Virus genome (UHGV): UHGV-0207457
Length of the DNA: 36,350 nucleotides
Strand: one strand, 5' to 3'
Source: a virus
Position 1 is the stretch's first letter. Each line of letters opens with the position of its first letter. This document shows, piece by piece, positions 7,305 to 16,146 of the stretch. Below the pieces are notes generated by a model, which ran no database searches, had not been told where the DNA came from, and saw only the letters and a program-made list of their open reading frames with translations. The position numbers and the translations under genes are program-made.

Positions 7305-7331
7305 TAAAAAAAGCCAACCCCGAAGGATTGG
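7305..7331 (-). terminator. Intrinsic terminator for the leftward 7341-8206 operon
   Basis: On the - strand: GGCCAATCC-TTCG-GGGTTGGC followed by TTTTTTT. Confidence 0.6.
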
Positions 7332-7340
7332 CCTAGAGAA

Positions 7341-7571
7341 TCAAATTCCTGTTGCTTCTACCATTTCACCGTCAACCTGAACAAAGAATTTCAAATCAAC
7401 TTTATGTAGGGATTTGTATAGCTGGGCTATAGATAAGCCATGCTCATTTAATACCCGTTCTTTGTTCTCTTTACCTTTCGGTGCTTGATAGTATGCTTTT
7501 ACAATCGCTGCCAGTTGTTCACGATTAAAACGGGCAGGGCGACCGCGAGTAGCTTTAGTAGTCATAGTCAT
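7341..7571 (-). CDS. Small HTH DNA-binding protein (76 aa)
   Basis: ATG at 7571 preceded by GGAGAAA (the track start at 7598 is GTG); TRGRPARFNREQL and HGLSIAQLYKSLHK look like an HTH. Confidence 0.5.
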   Translation of the reverse strand: MTMTTKATRGRPARFNREQLAAIVKAYYQAPKGKENKERVLNEHGLSIAQLYKSLHKVDLKFFVQVDGEMVEATGI

Positions 7572-7600
7572 TTTCTCCAAATTAAAGTGAATGTTCACCT

Positions 7601-8206
7601 TTATTTAGAGGACTTACATTTTATCGGAAAAAGTTCTCCATCGTCAACCGACATAAAGAACTCTGCCTTAATCCCGTACTTCTTCAACCGTGAATAATAT
7701 GTACCCCGACTAATATCAACCTTGCGCAGCACTTCGAAGAACTCTTTAGGATTCCTGTAATAGTGGCTATATCGCACGTTAGCGAGTTCTACAAACAATT
7801 CCCTTGAATCACCATAGCCTTTCTTGAAAGCCACGTTACGATAGCGTGTAATGGCATGATTCAATCTCTTCTGTTTAAGCACTTCCCTGATCGGCTTCCA
7901 CTGCAACCGATAGATTGGACCGTCATCCACTCGATAATAACGCTTGATATCAAAATCAAACCATTCACGGACTCGCTGAAACTCTGTCTGTGATGTGCGA
8001 TGCTTCTTAAAGAAGTTATGAATATCGGTATACCCATGATCGCGATACAACTCGATTAAAATCTGTTTCGCTTCCTCGCGACTAAAGCCGGATGTTGTGT
8101 AATCAGTCTTCTTGTGATGGTGCTTAACTGGCAAACGATATTCATGATCGGTACAACAAGAAAAGGCTAATTTTAATTCATCTCTTTGTTGCTGATTAAT
8201 TAGCAT
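7601..8206 (-). CDS. Hypothetical basic protein (201 aa) with Fis-type C-terminal HTH
   Basis: ATG at 8206; VDISRGTYYSRLKKYGIK matches the Fis/NtrC-type HTH; transcribed divergently from the large terminase. Confidence 0.6.
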   Translation of the reverse strand: MLINQQQRDELKLAFSCCTDHEYRLPVKHHHKKTDYTTSGFSREEAKQILIELYRDHGYTDIHNFFKKHRTSQTEFQRVREWFDFDIKRYYRVDDGPIYRLQWKPIREVLKQKRLNHAITRYRNVAFKKGYGDSRELFVELANVRYSHYYRNPKEFFEVLRKVDISRGTYYSRLKKYGIKAEFFMSVDDGELFPIKCKSSK

Positions 8207-8293
8207 ACAACCCCCTTAAATCTTAATACCCGTATTTATCAAAATATCAACAATTTAATAAATACCTTCATATTTCGTAATGAGGGTAATTAC

Positions 8294-10198
8294 ATGAAAC
8301 TGATTTCTAATAAGGCAAAATTAAAAAAGATTCTCAGAAATATCACTGCTGCAATTCGCCCACCTAAAGCAATGAAACCTAGCGAGTGGGTAGAGGCTAA
8401 CGTAGTGGCTACCGATGGTGTTAAAGCCGGATCTCTAATTAAATTGCATCCCTTCCAACGTGGAATGATGGACGCGATCACCGAAGACCGTAGAAAAATT
8501 GTGCTAAAGTGCTCGGCACAGTTGGGTAAAACTCTTGTGCTAAACGGTATTATCTTTCACAGGATCGCCAGTAACCCTACTAATATCGGTGTTTTGCAAG
8601 CGAACGTTCGAGAATTGAACTCATGGATTGCGGGTAAGGTGAAGCCAGTATTAGAGGCAACCCCAGAATTAAAGGCGATGATCACCGACAAATCAGATCG
8701 CAATGCCGTTAACAACTCATCGATTATTCAGCTTCGTAACGGATCATTCATGTATTTCATGTCGCTGAACAGTCCATCACACTTGCGCGGTAAGACACTG
8801 CCTTTGATTATTCTGGATGAAGTTGATGCGGCTGATGAGTCAGACGAAGGGAACCCGATCCAGCTAGCGGAACAACGCGCAACCACTTTCGGTGATGATG
8901 CAAGGATCGTAATTGCTTCTACTCCAACTTCGCGGGATGGGGCGATAAACCAACAATGGGAACTCTCGGATAAAAGAAAATACCACGTCGTTTGCCAGCA
9001 TTGCGGACACAAACACGTAATGGAATGGAGTAGAGTATTCTTTGATTGGCATGTAATCAATGGTAAATCACTGCCGAATCCAGACACAGCCGTTTACCGT
9101 TGCCCGTCATGTGAAACTGATTGGTCAGAACCAGATCGCCTCCGTGCTGTTGCTCAGGGAGAATGGGTCGCCACCGAACCAAATGCGGAAGTAATCGGTT
9201 TTCATGCTAACCGCCTTATGTCTCCGTTTAGTTCTATCCGTGCGTGTGTGGTGGACTTTGCTGATAGCTACGCGAATATGTCACTGGCAACGTTCTATAA
9301 TGTGGTGCTCGGTGAAACCTTCGATGATCTTAACGAAGACCGCACAGCCGACGAACTGGAAACGCTGAAAACTGACATTAGCTTAGATAATATTCCTGAT
9401 GATGTTCTGGCTCTGGTAGGTGGAGTTGACCAGCAAAAAGACCGTCTGGAATCTACCTTGCTGGGTATCTCTCGTAAGGGGATATGCGTAGTTGATCACC
9501 GATCATTCTATGATGTGAACTGCGAACGCCACGAATCGCCAGCATATGACCAGCTTTATAACTTCCTGAAAGCGAAATTCTATACCCGATCCGGTGAACG
9601 AATCCCGATGCTATCTGCTTTCGTGGACTCATCGAACGGACGAGCTACAAACGTGATCTACCGTTTTTGCACTAGGTGGCAAAACCTATGCGCCATTAAA
9701 GGCGCAAGTAATGCTGATGCTCCAATCCTTCCGGCTAAGGACACAAGAACGGGTGGTTTTACCCTTAAAATTCTGGGCGTAAACAACCTTAAAACGATGA
9801 TCCGTGAAATGATTAACCGGAACTTGAGAGATGGCGATCCTCACACTGTCTTCCAGATTGGCGACGTTCCTGATGACTATTGCGAGCAATTGCTTTCTGA
9901 ACAGTTGAAACGGCAGGGTAATACCACACGTTGGGTAAAAGTTGGTCAGCAACGAAACGAGGCGCTCGACTGCCTGGCTTATTCCTATGCTGCTTCTCGC
10001 CATGTACTCAATAAAATGTCATGGGAAAAACTCGAAGCCATCAAAGATAGTTTGAACCGTGAACCAGAAGAATCCGTAGAAGCTCCTAAATCGCAATCTG
10101 ACGAGAAAATAGAAGAAACTAAGCCAATCACACGACCACAACGTCAAAACATCGCCAGACGCCCAAATAGAGGCCGTGGCTGGGTAACATCGTTCTAA
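8294..10198 (+). CDS. Terminase large subunit, lambda gpA-like (634 aa)
   Basis: Walker A-like SAQLGKT, Walker B ILDEVD, zinc-finger-like CQHCGH...CPSC; size and position ahead of the portal. Confidence 0.85.
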   Translation: MKLISNKAKLKKILRNITAAIRPPKAMKPSEWVEANVVATDGVKAGSLIKLHPFQRGMMDAITEDRRKIVLKCSAQLGKTLVLNGIIFHRIASNPTNIGVLQANVRELNSWIAGKVKPVLEATPELKAMITDKSDRNAVNNSSIIQLRNGSFMYFMSLNSPSHLRGKTLPLIILDEVDAADESDEGNPIQLAEQRATTFGDDARIVIASTPTSRDGAINQQWELSDKRKYHVVCQHCGHKHVMEWSRVFFDWHVINGKSLPNPDTAVYRCPSCETDWSEPDRLRAVAQGEWVATEPNAEVIGFHANRLMSPFSSIRACVVDFADSYANMSLATFYNVVLGETFDDLNEDRTADELETLKTDISLDNIPDDVLALVGGVDQQKDRLESTLLGISRKGICVVDHRSFYDVNCERHESPAYDQLYNFLKAKFYTRSGERIPMLSAFVDSSNGRATNVIYRFCTRWQNLCAIKGASNADAPILPAKDTRTGGFTLKILGVNNLKTMIREMINRNLRDGDPHTVFQIGDVPDDYCEQLLSEQLKRQGNTTRWVKVGQQRNEALDCLAYSYAASRHVLNKMSWEKLEAIKDSLNREPEESVEAPKSQSDEKIEETKPITRPQRQNIARRPNRGRGWVTSF

Positions 10199-10270
10199 TA
10201 ACTCGCCGTCCTTCGGGGCGGCTTACTCCTAAATATTGTTAATCCAATAACAATTAAATAAGGGGTGATT

Positions 10271-10765
10271 ATGAGTTTAGAACTAATTCCCTTAGTAATT
10301 CGTAAAGGCGAAAAAATCACGCTGGCGAATGAAGAGGGTGTAACAATTCAGGTAGGAAATAGTAAAGGTATCATTTATCAGGTTGATGATACTCCGGCTA
10401 ATCACGAGATTAAAACCTTAGATTTTGCCGAGGGTAAATATACCATCGTAACCACTTTGGAAGAAGAACTGGTATCAATGCAGGAATTAACTGTATTGCC
10501 AGTATTCGCCAAACAATCCAAAAAAGAACATCTGCGGGAGACTATCGCCAAAATCGAGCAAGTTATTTTCGCCCGTTTATCTGGGGACGAAGCCGCATTA
10601 TCTCAAATGACCGTGAAAGGGAATACTTTCGCCTATGAGTCATTAGGTGTTCTCCAGCAATTAAAGACTGATTATGAACGTCAACTGTCTAAATTAATTC
10701 AAGCCGAACGACGTAAACAGGGAATTAGCCCGATTAAAAATATCAAATTACGTCTTACGCGATAA
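10271..10765 (+). CDS. Head morphogenesis / head-tail joining protein (164 aa), in the position of lambda gpW
   Basis: ATG at 10271 with AGGGG RBS (track start 10265 is GTG); between terminase and portal. Confidence 0.55.
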   Translation: MSLELIPLVIRKGEKITLANEEGVTIQVGNSKGIIYQVDDTPANHEIKTLDFAEGKYTIVTTLEEELVSMQELTVLPVFAKQSKKEHLRETIAKIEQVIFARLSGDEAALSQMTVKGNTFAYESLGVLQQLKTDYERQLSKLIQAERRKQGISPIKNIKLRLTR

Positions 10766-10775
10766 GGGGTAAATC

Positions 10776-12287
10776 ATGTTTAATCTTTTTCGACGCAATA
10801 AGGCGGTAGAAACTCCAGTTAAAACTAATCACCGCCAGCAACAACAAAAAATCTTTATCGACAAACAAGTAGAAAAATTCCAGAAAGATTTGTCTAAGCG
10901 TTCTTTGGGCTTAGTTGGTGATCGCATTGATGGATCGCTTCAACAAGATACTATCACAGGAACCTTCAATAAGGCTCTCAAATCGAATGGTAAGCGCCTT
11001 TATGACCAGGGTCGTACTCTGGCCTTAAACACTTCCGTAGGCAGTCGCTACACGCAATACATCACCGATATGGTGGTAGGTACTGGCCTAGATCCGAAGC
11101 CGTCAGTTGTTAAATCAAATGGAAAACTTGATAGCGCACTGAATAAGCAGATCGAGAATGCTTTCTGGAAGTGGGCGCAGAATGCTAAACGCTTCTCCCG
11201 CAATGGTCGTTTTAACTTCCGTGAACTGCTGGTAATGGCTGAACGTGAGCGCGTTATGGGTGGTGAGTGCTTCATCGTTTTAACCAAAGAAAACAATGAG
11301 TTAAATGTTTCTATCCTGTCTGCTGATAAGTGCGACTGGTCGCTAAACCGTGAAGTAAGCAAAGACCGTGCGATATATCAAGGTGTGGAGTATGACGTAG
11401 AGACGATGAAGCCCGTAGCATACTGGTTTCGTAAAATCAACCTACTGACTCAGACTTACACAGGTGATAACTATCGCGTAGATGCTTCGCAAGTATGCCA
11501 TTATTATCAACCACTTGCGGCTGAATCTCTGCGTGGTGTGACTGACTTCCTGCCAGTGATTAAGGATATCGCACATCAAGACGCATTCCGCGAAGCTGTA
11601 CTGGTCCAGAAACGAATTTCAGCTAGTAGCATGGCGTTCATCGAGCGTCCGAAAGATTCTGGTGACGATTTTGATACTGGTGAAGATGATGAACAATATC
11701 AAGCGCCGGAAGTTATTCACGATTTCGCGCCGGGTACTATTCAGGAATTGCCGGAAGGGGCAACGATCAAGAGTATTCAATCCACGCAAAGCGGCGATGA
11801 TTTCAATTCATTTAACGCTGGTATGTTCACTAGCATAGCAATGGGTCTTGGCGTGTTCAATCAGGGCTTAACTGGCGATACTAGCCAAATAAATTACAGC
11901 GCTGCACGCTACGGCGAATTACTTCAAAGAACGCGCGTTAAAGCACTGCAAAACAAATTAATTGAAACAGTGGTATTGCCAATTTTCGAAGCGTATCTGC
12001 GTCATTATTCCGCGCGTGGTATTGTTCCGATTCGTATTACTGCAATTCCGCATATTATCGATAACACTACTATTATTCGTCCGCGTTTTGAATCCGTCGA
12101 TCCATTTAAAGACGTAAGCGCCGAGATTGCTTTAATTGATAACGGACTTAAATCACGTACTGCCGTTATATTGGAACGTGGTGATGATCCTGAAAAAGTA
12201 TTCTCAGAGATTCAAGCCGAAAAAAGCGCACTAAATATTATCGTTGATGGCGAGGGTGAAGAAAAAAATTCCCCAGCCGATCCCTAA
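10776..12287 (+). CDS. Portal protein (503 aa), lambda gpB-like
   Basis: Size, acidic C-terminus and position between terminase and the protease-capsid gene; RBS GGGG. Confidence 0.75.
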   Translation: MFNLFRRNKAVETPVKTNHRQQQQKIFIDKQVEKFQKDLSKRSLGLVGDRIDGSLQQDTITGTFNKALKSNGKRLYDQGRTLALNTSVGSRYTQYITDMVVGTGLDPKPSVVKSNGKLDSALNKQIENAFWKWAQNAKRFSRNGRFNFRELLVMAERERVMGGECFIVLTKENNELNVSILSADKCDWSLNREVSKDRAIYQGVEYDVETMKPVAYWFRKINLLTQTYTGDNYRVDASQVCHYYQPLAAESLRGVTDFLPVIKDIAHQDAFREAVLVQKRISASSMAFIERPKDSGDDFDTGEDDEQYQAPEVIHDFAPGTIQELPEGATIKSIQSTQSGDDFNSFNAGMFTSIAMGLGVFNQGLTGDTSQINYSAARYGELLQRTRVKALQNKLIETVVLPIFEAYLRHYSARGIVPIRITAIPHIIDNTTIIRPRFESVDPFKDVSAEIALIDNGLKSRTAVILERGDDPEKVFSEIQAEKSALNIIVDGEGEEKNSPADP

Positions 12288-12333
12288 TAACCAACGGGGG
12301 GCGCAATGCCCCCAATTAATTAAAGGTGATTAA

Positions 12334-14340
12334 ATGCTTAAATTTCGCCGCGAACTTAACGGTTACGGTGGAGTTATTAACGAAGGGCATAACGATCAAT
12401 ACGAATTTGAAATTGCTTTCTCCAGTGAACAGCCTTATCAGCGCCAATTCTGGGATGAGCAAAATCAAGAAATGGTGGTATTAGATGAAATTCTGGTACA
12501 TACACCGGAAGCGGTTGATCTGTCTCGTCTGAATAATAACGCTCCGTTGCTGTTTAATCATAATTTCGATAATCATTTAGGTGTCGTTTGTAACGCTCGA
12601 ATCGATGCGGATAAAGTAGGCCGTGCGACCGTTAGATTCTCTAAGCATGGCACTTTGGCTAATGATATTCGTAATAAAGTCATTGAAGGTACGATGGAAA
12701 AAATTTCTGTCGGTTATGACATTAAAGAATATCACATCGATTATGCCAAAGGACAATTGATTGTTACTAAGTTTGTTCCTTTCGAATTAAGTTTTGTTAC
12801 GGTCCCGGCGGACGATTCGGTCGGTTTAAATCGCTCTCTAAATACTATCACAGTTAATTTGGAGGCTAAACGCGATATGACTAAAGAACAAATCGAAGAA
12901 ATCAAAGAAGAACAAGAACCCGCTCAGGTTGAAGAAACTCCGGTAGAAGAAAATAAAGAATCGGAAGTTGAAGAAACTCAAGAGCGCCAAGTTGAAGAGA
13001 ATAAAGAAGATGAAAATCTCGAAGACGGAAAAGACGCTGAACATCCTGAAAGTGTTGATGATGATAGTTCAACTGTTCGGGAAACAGAAGAAGTAAAAGA
13101 AGAACGTGAAGCCGTTCCGGTTGAAGAAGAAAAAACCGAGGAAGTGGCTGAACGTTCCGAAGAAGACGAATTAGAAATCCGCGAGATCGCGCGGGAACTA
13201 AATATTGACGACGAAGAATTAAAACGCGCATTGGCAATTAAAGACATGACGCCGGAAGCATTCCGCACTAAGGCACTAAATAACATTACCAATGCTCAAC
13301 GTATTAACGAACAAATTAATAAGGAACAAATCATGGAAAAAACTTTCGATCTTAATAACGTAATCCGCTCCCTGGTAGATGGCGACGTGCTCGGCGCTAA
13401 CGAAGCTGAATATTCCGCTATGGCTGCTGGTGCTGCAATGCAGCGTGGTCGTGCTGCTCGCGGTGGCTCTGTATTCGTTCCGGCTGCTGCTCTGCGTGCT
13501 GCTTCCGAAGGTAACACCAAAGCTACTCTGACCGCTGTTACTGATGAAAAACTGCTGACTGAATCCTACATCGAAATGCTGTTGCCTCAGAGTGTTTTAG
13601 GCCGCCTCGGTGTAACCGTTCTGTCTGGCCTGACTTCCCCGATCGCTGTTCCGAAAATGACCGCTTCCAGCGTCGAAGCCTTTGGTTTTGTTGACGAAAA
13701 TGGGGCTGCCCCCGAGTCACATGCGGAATTTTCGAACGTGAAAATGGCTCCTAAGACGTTCGCTGGTGGGAATCCGATCAGCAGAGCTAGCATAAAGCAA
13801 GTTCCCGGCATCGCTACCCTGATCACTGATCACATTAACAAATCTGTTCGGATCAAACTGGAACAACTGATTCTGTCTGACAAAGACAACGAGCGCGGTC
13901 CGGCTGGCCTGGTTAAGCAACTGGTAGACGCGGGTCGCGTTACTAAGAAAGCCGCTTTCTCTTACAAAGACTTCCTGAAAGAAATTGCAGCACTGACCGA
14001 CGCTGGCGTTCCTGCTCAGGCGATCAAGTTTGCGATGAGCGGTGCAACTGCTGCTGAACTGGAATCTACCCTGAAAGATAACGGCGTTTCCGGTTATATC
14101 ATCGAAAACGGCAAACTGGCTGGTTACGAAGTAGTTACTTCTGGTGTTATCCCGGCAGACCACATCGTTCTGGGCGCGTTTGACGGTATCACCATTGGTG
14201 AGTGGGGCGGTCTTGAACTGGATATGGACGACACTACCTACCGCGCACAGTCTGCTATCGTTCCGCGAATCTGGGTAGACCTGGATTATGTTGTTACTCA
14301 GCCGGAAGCTCTGAAAGTTCTTCACATCTCCGCTGAATGA
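12334..14340 (+). CDS. Fused prohead protease - scaffold-like acidic linker - HK97-fold major capsid protein (668 aa); ends in TGA
   Basis: N-terminal ~170 aa carry prohead-protease-like motifs (LLFNHNFDNHLG, ISVGY, ELSFVTVPAD); residues ~180-300 are Glu-rich; C-terminal ~340 aa is capsid-like. Confidence 0.85.
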   Translation: MLKFRRELNGYGGVINEGHNDQYEFEIAFSSEQPYQRQFWDEQNQEMVVLDEILVHTPEAVDLSRLNNNAPLLFNHNFDNHLGVVCNARIDADKVGRATVRFSKHGTLANDIRNKVIEGTMEKISVGYDIKEYHIDYAKGQLIVTKFVPFELSFVTVPADDSVGLNRSLNTITVNLEAKRDMTKEQIEEIKEEQEPAQVEETPVEENKESEVEETQERQVEENKEDENLEDGKDAEHPESVDDDSSTVRETEEVKEEREAVPVEEEKTEEVAERSEEDELEIREIARELNIDDEELKRALAIKDMTPEAFRTKALNNITNAQRINEQINKEQIMEKTFDLNNVIRSLVDGDVLGANEAEYSAMAAGAAMQRGRAARGGSVFVPAAALRAASEGNTKATLTAVTDEKLLTESYIEMLLPQSVLGRLGVTVLSGLTSPIAVPKMTASSVEAFGFVDENGAAPESHAEFSNVKMAPKTFAGGNPISRASIKQVPGIATLITDHINKSVRIKLEQLILSDKDNERGPAGLVKQLVDAGRVTKKAAFSYKDFLKEIAALTDAGVPAQAIKFAMSGATAAELESTLKDNGVSGYIIENGKLAGYEVVTSGVIPADHIVLGAFDGITIGEWGGLELDMDDTTYRAQSAIVPRIWVDLDYVVTQPEALKVLHISAE

Positions 14341-14469
14341 ACTCCTGTAGAACCATCTGAACCTTCCCCCGATTCGGGGGAAGAAAATCTGATTCCTAAA
14401 CCGGAAGAAGATTCCCAGACGGTTACGGCGAAAGCCACAGCTAAAAAACAGCGTAAAACTAAAGAATAA
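14341..14469 (+). other. In-frame 42-codon extension after the capsid gene TGA; candidate programmed readthrough tail
   Basis: No stop from 14341 to TAA at 14467-14469; encodes TPVEPSEPSPDSGEENLIPKPEEDSQTVTAKATAKKQRKTKE; 20-nt core 14422-14441 is identical to 20337-20356. Confidence 0.5.
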
Positions 14470-14474
14470 TAATT

Positions 14475-14502
14475 AGCCCTGCCTAACGGTGGGGCTTTTT
14501 TG
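14475..14502 (+). terminator. Intrinsic terminator after the capsid extension
   Basis: AGCCCTGCCTAACGGTGGGGCT followed by TTTTTT; near-identical copy at 20390-20418. Confidence 0.65.
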
Positions 14503-14531
14503 TATGTAAATACTCCATAAAGGGGGTAACT

Positions 14532-14822
14532 ATGTTCAAATTATCAGAATCACAATTAAATCGAATGTTTAAAAGTGCTCCTGTATTTGTGGTGGAAGGT
14601 GGTAAATCAATTCGTGCTTATCATGAAATTACTACTACCGACGAATCAGGGGTAATGACAGAAACAGAATTTCTATTCTGTCGTGAGGGAGACTTAAAGC
14701 AAGGTGATATTGTCACAGTAGAAAACCAGCGTTTCAAAGTTCAATACGTTAAGCGTAATGGTGATAATACAACTGATTGCTTTATTACTCTGGCAGGGGG
14801 TACACATGCTCGCTATCGTTAA
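14532..14822 (+). CDS. Head-tail connector/adaptor protein (96 aa)
   Basis: Strong RBS AGGGGG; position directly after the capsid gene. Confidence 0.55.
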   Translation: MFKLSESQLNRMFKSAPVFVVEGGKSIRAYHEITTTDESGVMTETEFLFCREGDLKQGDIVTVENQRFKVQYVKRNGDNTTDCFITLAGGTHARYR

Positions 14823-15228
14823 TAATATGCCTAGACTGAAAATCAAACGCGCCTTGCAAGATATTATCGAACAAGATTTAGGTCTGGCTTTAAACGTAGA
14901 ACAAACTCAGCAAGGCTTTAGTGATGACGTGGTTTGTTGGATTACTGGTATGAATGAGACTTACACTAGGGTCCGTGGTGGTAATGCAATGCAAGCTGAA
15001 TGCGTTATCGAAATGCAGTTATATTCTCAGATTCATGAAACGAAAATTCATGAGGGTATTTGCCAGATAATCCAGATTCAGCCGGATAACCCACGATTTA
15101 AAGATTTGGGCTTCTCTATTTCAGATATCACTCCAGTAGCCTCTAATACCGATTATGACGATGATTCTAGTGATGGGGGTATCGTTGGGACACTTAGCCT
15201 TAAATTTTCTTATCTAGCGCGTTTTTAA
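14806..15228 (+). CDS. Head-tail joining / tail completion protein (140 aa)
   Basis: ATG at 14806 after AGGGGG, overlapping the previous stop (track start 14758 is upstream in the same frame). Confidence 0.55.
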   Translation: MLAIVNNMPRLKIKRALQDIIEQDLGLALNVEQTQQGFSDDVVCWITGMNETYTRVRGGNAMQAECVIEMQLYSQIHETKIHEGICQIIQIQPDNPRFKDLGFSISDITPVASNTDYDDDSSDGGIVGTLSLKFSYLARF

Positions 15229-15237
15229 GGGGTAATA

Positions 15238-16071
15238 ATGAATATTACACAAGATAACTTAGATATTTTCACTGGATCACATGTTGAAGTGTCGATCTCT
15301 AACCAGATAGACAATCAGGTCGACTTTTTCGATCCTAGCTTTAGTTCTATGGAGAACATCGCAGCATTCCCTACGCTAACCGAATCCACAGAGATAGAAA
15401 CTCTGGAAGAGTACGATCAGGACGCTACGGGGAAACTTGCTGGTTATCGTAGACTGGAACCGACAACACTCACATTAAACCGTGTTCTTGACGATGAACA
15501 TCAAGCAATGTTGATGAAAGCGGTAGAGGATAAAACACCTTTACGCTTCCGTATGTTCTATGTTGTGAACTCTGGCTATAGTGCTGCTAACACTGGTTAC
15601 TATGTCATCTATGACGCTTATGTCACTAGTCACAAAACCCGTGGCGCAGATAACAAAGCTGTAACACTGGAATTTAAACTTGAACCAGATGGCGGGATTT
15701 TGGCAAGGGGTATAGCGACCGAGGGAAAAATTCTGCGACAAGGGGATTATGGCGTAGGTGCAGGTGTACATCCATTCACGGGTCCAATTGATAGTGATGC
15801 TTTAGCAGGAAACCGTTTCGTAACTTACAAGGGAACTGCTAGCGGTAATCCATACTCAGCCGACACATCATTAATTCACCTTCAAGCTAATGAGCATGGC
15901 GCATGGCAATTAACCTGTAATACTTCCGGTGCACCACGTTTACGTGTCCGAAATATTCAGGAAAACGGTCGCTCTGAATGGATCAAGGTATATTCCACCA
16001 ATGAGAAACCGACACCTAGCGAAATTGGCGCAGTGGCTAAGACTGATAGAATCGACTTCGGTGAGTATTAA
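15238..16071 (+). CDS. Structural protein (277 aa) whose C-terminus shares a KPTPxEIGA module with the tail fibre; possible fibre-attachment/collar protein
   Basis: RBS AGGGG; C-terminal YSTNEKPTPSEIGAVAK parallels the fibre's YHEGDKPTPAEIGAYTK, with ~80% nucleotide identity across the 27-nt core. Confidence 0.6.
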   Translation: MNITQDNLDIFTGSHVEVSISNQIDNQVDFFDPSFSSMENIAAFPTLTESTEIETLEEYDQDATGKLAGYRRLEPTTLTLNRVLDDEHQAMLMKAVEDKTPLRFRMFYVVNSGYSAANTGYYVIYDAYVTSHKTRGADNKAVTLEFKLEPDGGILARGIATEGKILRQGDYGVGAGVHPFTGPIDSDALAGNRFVTYKGTASGNPYSADTSLIHLQANEHGAWQLTCNTSGAPRLRVRNIQENGRSEWIKVYSTNEKPTPSEIGAVAKTDRIDFGEY

Positions 16072-16100
16072 GATTGCTTACCTAAATAAAACATGACGCG

Positions 16101-16134
16101 GGGAGGTTAACGCCTCCCTTATTCCTGTTTTATG
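16101..16134 (+). terminator. Intrinsic terminator
   Basis: GGGAGG-TTAACG-CCTCCC followed by a T-rich tract. Confidence 0.5.
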
Positions 16135-16146
16135 TGAGGTGATTAG

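Noticed and set aside
12838-14325. Minus-strand ORFs inside the protease-capsid gene (12838-13292, 13296-13826, 13717-14325)
   Set aside because: Antisense to a high-confidence structural gene; low-complexity Ser/Leu/Arg-rich translations; no RBS context.
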